The notes under the pieces: generated by a model
What the model saw: the letters and a program-made list of their open reading frames with translations, nothing else
Told to the model about the DNA's origin: nothing
Database searches by the model: none
Program-made: the position numbers and the translations under genes
Part shown: positions 23,488 through 25,266 of the stretch, in pieces
Layout: every line of letters starts with the position of its first letter
How positions within the stretch are numbered: the first letter of the stretch is position 1
Source: a virus
Length of the DNA: 25,266 bases
Virus record (IMG/VR): IMGVR_UViG_3300021590_000007
Reading direction: 5' to 3' (one strand)

Positions 23488-23775
23488 ATGATAAAAAATA
23501 CAGCAGAATTGATTGAAGAGATCAGAAAAAGAATGACTGCAAAATATGGAGCGTGTGTCATAGACTATCCTCTCAAATATCAACTTCGATGGTTAGGAAG
23601 GCATCGAGTACAAGTATTGGCATGGCAAGAGAAGTGGGGATCTACTATAAACAATATTGAGTTCATTGTCATGATGACAAAGAATGCGATGAGAGAGAAT
23701 GAGATTGAATTATATAAGTGGGTGTCTGATAGAGTCCAGGTTTCTCAGCTTGATAAGTTTCTTTATCGCAAGTGA
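23488..23775 (+). CDS. Hypothetical early protein
   Basis: 95 aa behind its own promoter. Confidence 0.75.
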   Translation: MIKNTAELIEEIRKRMTAKYGACVIDYPLKYQLRWLGRHRVQVLAWQEKWGSTINNIEFIVMMTKNAMRENEIELYKWVSDRVQVSQLDKFLYRK

Positions 23776-23905
23776 TCGGGTATATTGAAATTACAAAAAA
23801 AAGCAAATGTTAATATTTAGTGTTATCCCCTCTTATCTCTTTATTATGTCTATATTTTCTTTCACGTGTCTAAATATCGTCATAGTGTTCAAGTTTTGTT
23901 TATAC

Positions 23906-23942
23906 GATCGAAAGTCTTTTATATACTCATGTCTTATATATT
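23906..23942 (+). promoter_or_regulatory. Type-Q archaeal promoter (copy 2)
   Basis: GATCGAAAGTCTTTTATATACTCATGTCTTATATATT. Confidence 0.8.
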
Positions 23943-24170
23943 ATGGGTGATGTGAAAATGATGGAAGAACCAAATGGACAGATATTGAGTACGAACCCAT
24001 GCAGGGAGATACTCGTAGAGACATACAAAGGGTATGATATTGTGTGGTGTGAGGGTATAGAAGACGATGAGCCCTGGTATTATGCGATACCAGAAGGGAC
24101 TTACGGAATGAGTGAAGCTATTGCTGAATCTTCTACCCTCGAAGATCTGAAGGAAATTGTAGATCAATAG
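23943..24170 (+). CDS. Very acidic small early protein
   Basis: 75 aa, 18 D/E versus 4 K/R; a GGTGATG RBS suggests the start is at the internal Met-Met. Confidence 0.75.
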   Translation: MGDVKMMEEPNGQILSTNPCREILVETYKGYDIVWCEGIEDDEPWYYAIPEGTYGMSEAIAESSTLEDLKEIVDQ

Positions 24171-24400
24171 ATTTTTATATTTTTATTTTTTTATTCACTT
24201 CATAGGAAAAACTTATTTGATTTTTTATAATATTAGCTTATCTCATACATAGAGGGGGAGGGGAAGGGAAGATAATATAAAAAATAAACACTAAATTGAA
24301 AATAAAAACACTAAAACTATAAATATAAAAAATCATACATAAAAATGTATAAAACGAGGGCATTCATATACACAAAAATGTATAAAGAAATTTTTAGGAT

Positions 24401-24417
24401 ATCGAAAGTCTTATATA
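24401..24417 (+). promoter_or_regulatory. Type-Q archaeal promoter (copy 3)
   Basis: ATCGAAAGTCTTATATA upstream of the ATG at 24471. Confidence 0.65.
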
Positions 24418-24470
24418 GGAAGAGAACATATATTATATTATAAGAATATTAAAAAAGAAAGATAGCTAAA

Positions 24471-24722
24471 ATGAAAGATGTAACCCAAGTTTATGGGATA
24501 CGATGCAAAGTAGAAGACGAAAAGATCCAGGATTGGGATTACGATTCTCTTACCAACATTACATTTCTGTATAAACAAAGGCGTGCACTATTCAAGGATG
24601 TTCAGGAAGATGGTATGGCTATTCCTGAGTTCTTCTTCGAGATCAAACGTGATATGTTAATGCTAAGAGATTTAGTGTTAGGAAAGTTTAATATTCTATT
24701 GGTGATTGAAGAGGGAAGTTGA
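24471..24722 (+). CDS. Hypothetical protein
   Basis: 83 aa. Confidence 0.75.
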   Translation: MKDVTQVYGIRCKVEDEKIQDWDYDSLTNITFLYKQRRALFKDVQEDGMAIPEFFFEIKRDMLMLRDLVLGKFNILLVIEEGS

Positions 24723-24723
24723 G

Positions 24724-25149
24724 ATGGGGAAGATATATGCAAATTTAAAGGATATAACTGATGGAAACAAGAGTTGGAGTCTATTGAATAAATACGTAGA
24801 TATGAAAGATTTAGTTGTACGTGATTCTACTATAGACAATATATGGGCTCGTGTACTCGGAGATGACCAAGAAGCTATAGATAATTTATATAATATTATG
24901 GATTCAGAAAAGCGCTTTATACGCTTCATGATTAACTTCTCGATCTCAAAGAGAGTGAGGATTTTTCGAGAAGGAAGAATAATTCCAGAAGATGAAGGTT
25001 ATTTAGAATTAGATGCAACAAAGGATGTTATATCTATCGATGAATATAATAAACTCGGTGAACATGTTGGTAGTGTCATGATGAATTGGAAATCCTATGA
25101 AGTCATGAAAGAATATTTGGAGGATTTAAAGAAGAAAACATGCGATTGA
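24724..25149 (+). CDS. Hypothetical protein
   Basis: Start placed at ATG 24724, just after the upstream stop (track uses TTG 24706). Confidence 0.75.
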   Translation: MGKIYANLKDITDGNKSWSLLNKYVDMKDLVVRDSTIDNIWARVLGDDQEAIDNLYNIMDSEKRFIRFMINFSISKRVRIFREGRIIPEDEGYLELDATKDVISIDEYNKLGEHVGSVMMNWKSYEVMKEYLEDLKKKTCD

Positions 25150-25266
25150 AGAAGGAAAAAGGTATAATTGTCGCATTTGACATGGAGGATACGGAATTTG
25201 CATTGGAGTTAGCATGGGATTTAAGGGGTGCGAGTGGTAATTTCGTGATTAAAGTGGGGAGACCAC
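25140..25266 (+). CDS. pyrF: Orotidine-5'-phosphate decarboxylase (OMPDC/HUMPS TIM-barrel) family, N-terminus only
   Basis: MRLKKEKGIIVAFDMEDTEFALELAWDLRGASGNFVIKVGRP matches the OMPDC start (lIvAlD...al.l...l...iKvG.pl); only 42 codons are visible. Confidence 0.65.
   Translation, partial: MRLKKEKGIIVAFDMEDTEFALELAWDLRGASGNFVIKVGRP

Larger units (their letters stand above)
23209..23827 (+). repeat. 17-bp element TAATATTTAGTGTTATC, three copies
   Basis: At 23209, 23288 and 23811, upstream of the type-Q promoters. Confidence 0.85.

Noticed and set aside
20577-24167. Low-complexity ORFs in the control region (20577-20786, 21386-21568, 21554-21793, 22515-22796, 23037-23252, 23297-23491, 23934-24167)
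   Set aside because: These are F/L/I/Y-rich translations of T-rich non-coding tracts, or antisense to real genes.
24251-24271. G-quadruplex in the G-rich patch
   Set aside because: It has only three G-tracts of three or more, not enough for an intramolecular G4.
25261-25266. GACCAC at the window end as a fifth type-P promoter
   Set aside because: It lies in the PyrF-like reading frame (KVGRP) and the rest of the motif is not visible.
1-25266. Borg-type extrachromosomal element
   Set aside because: No perfect tandem repeats in genes or intergenic regions. The gene density and content fit a tailed archaeal virus better, although no structural genes are present to prove it.

Overview
This AT-rich window looks like part of a large dsDNA virus (or provirus) of an anaerobic archaeon. 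The archaeal assignment rests on BRE/TATA-type promoters, GGAGGT/GGTGA ribosome-binding sites, a PriS-PriL primase, a RadB-like ATPase and an ERCC4 nuclease; the class III ribonucleotide reductase points to an anaerobic host. Bases 1-21.1 kb are a dense, translationally coupled minus-strand block of replication, recombination and nucleotide-metabolism genes (NrdD cut by the left edge, ASCH-like, DUF1599, two YopX, ClpP, DUF47/PhoU-like, PD-(D/E)XK nuclease, ERCC4, metallophosphoesterase, RadB-like, putative SSB, fused primase) plus many small hypothetical genes. At 18.26-18.97 kb is the most unusual locus: a tRNA-shaped gene with a 72-nt structured insert in its anticodon loop, and next to it an HNH-like ORF whose 5' half is a GC-rich structured RNA sharing motifs with that insert. 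Between 21.1 and 23.5 kb transcription diverges across a mostly non-coding control region containing three degenerate ~195-bp tandem units (with a further copy at 13.3 kb), an array of TACAT-N4-GATATTCT repeats and long T-rich tracts; this is a candidate origin or genome-end region. Around it are single-gene cassettes, each with one of two repeated promoter types, and a PyrF-like gene cut by the right edge. No capsid, terminase, integrase, DNA polymerase or CRISPR array is visible. Three ORFs are broken by single-base indels in homopolymers, so assembly errors are likely. All family calls come from motif recognition by eye, not database searches.
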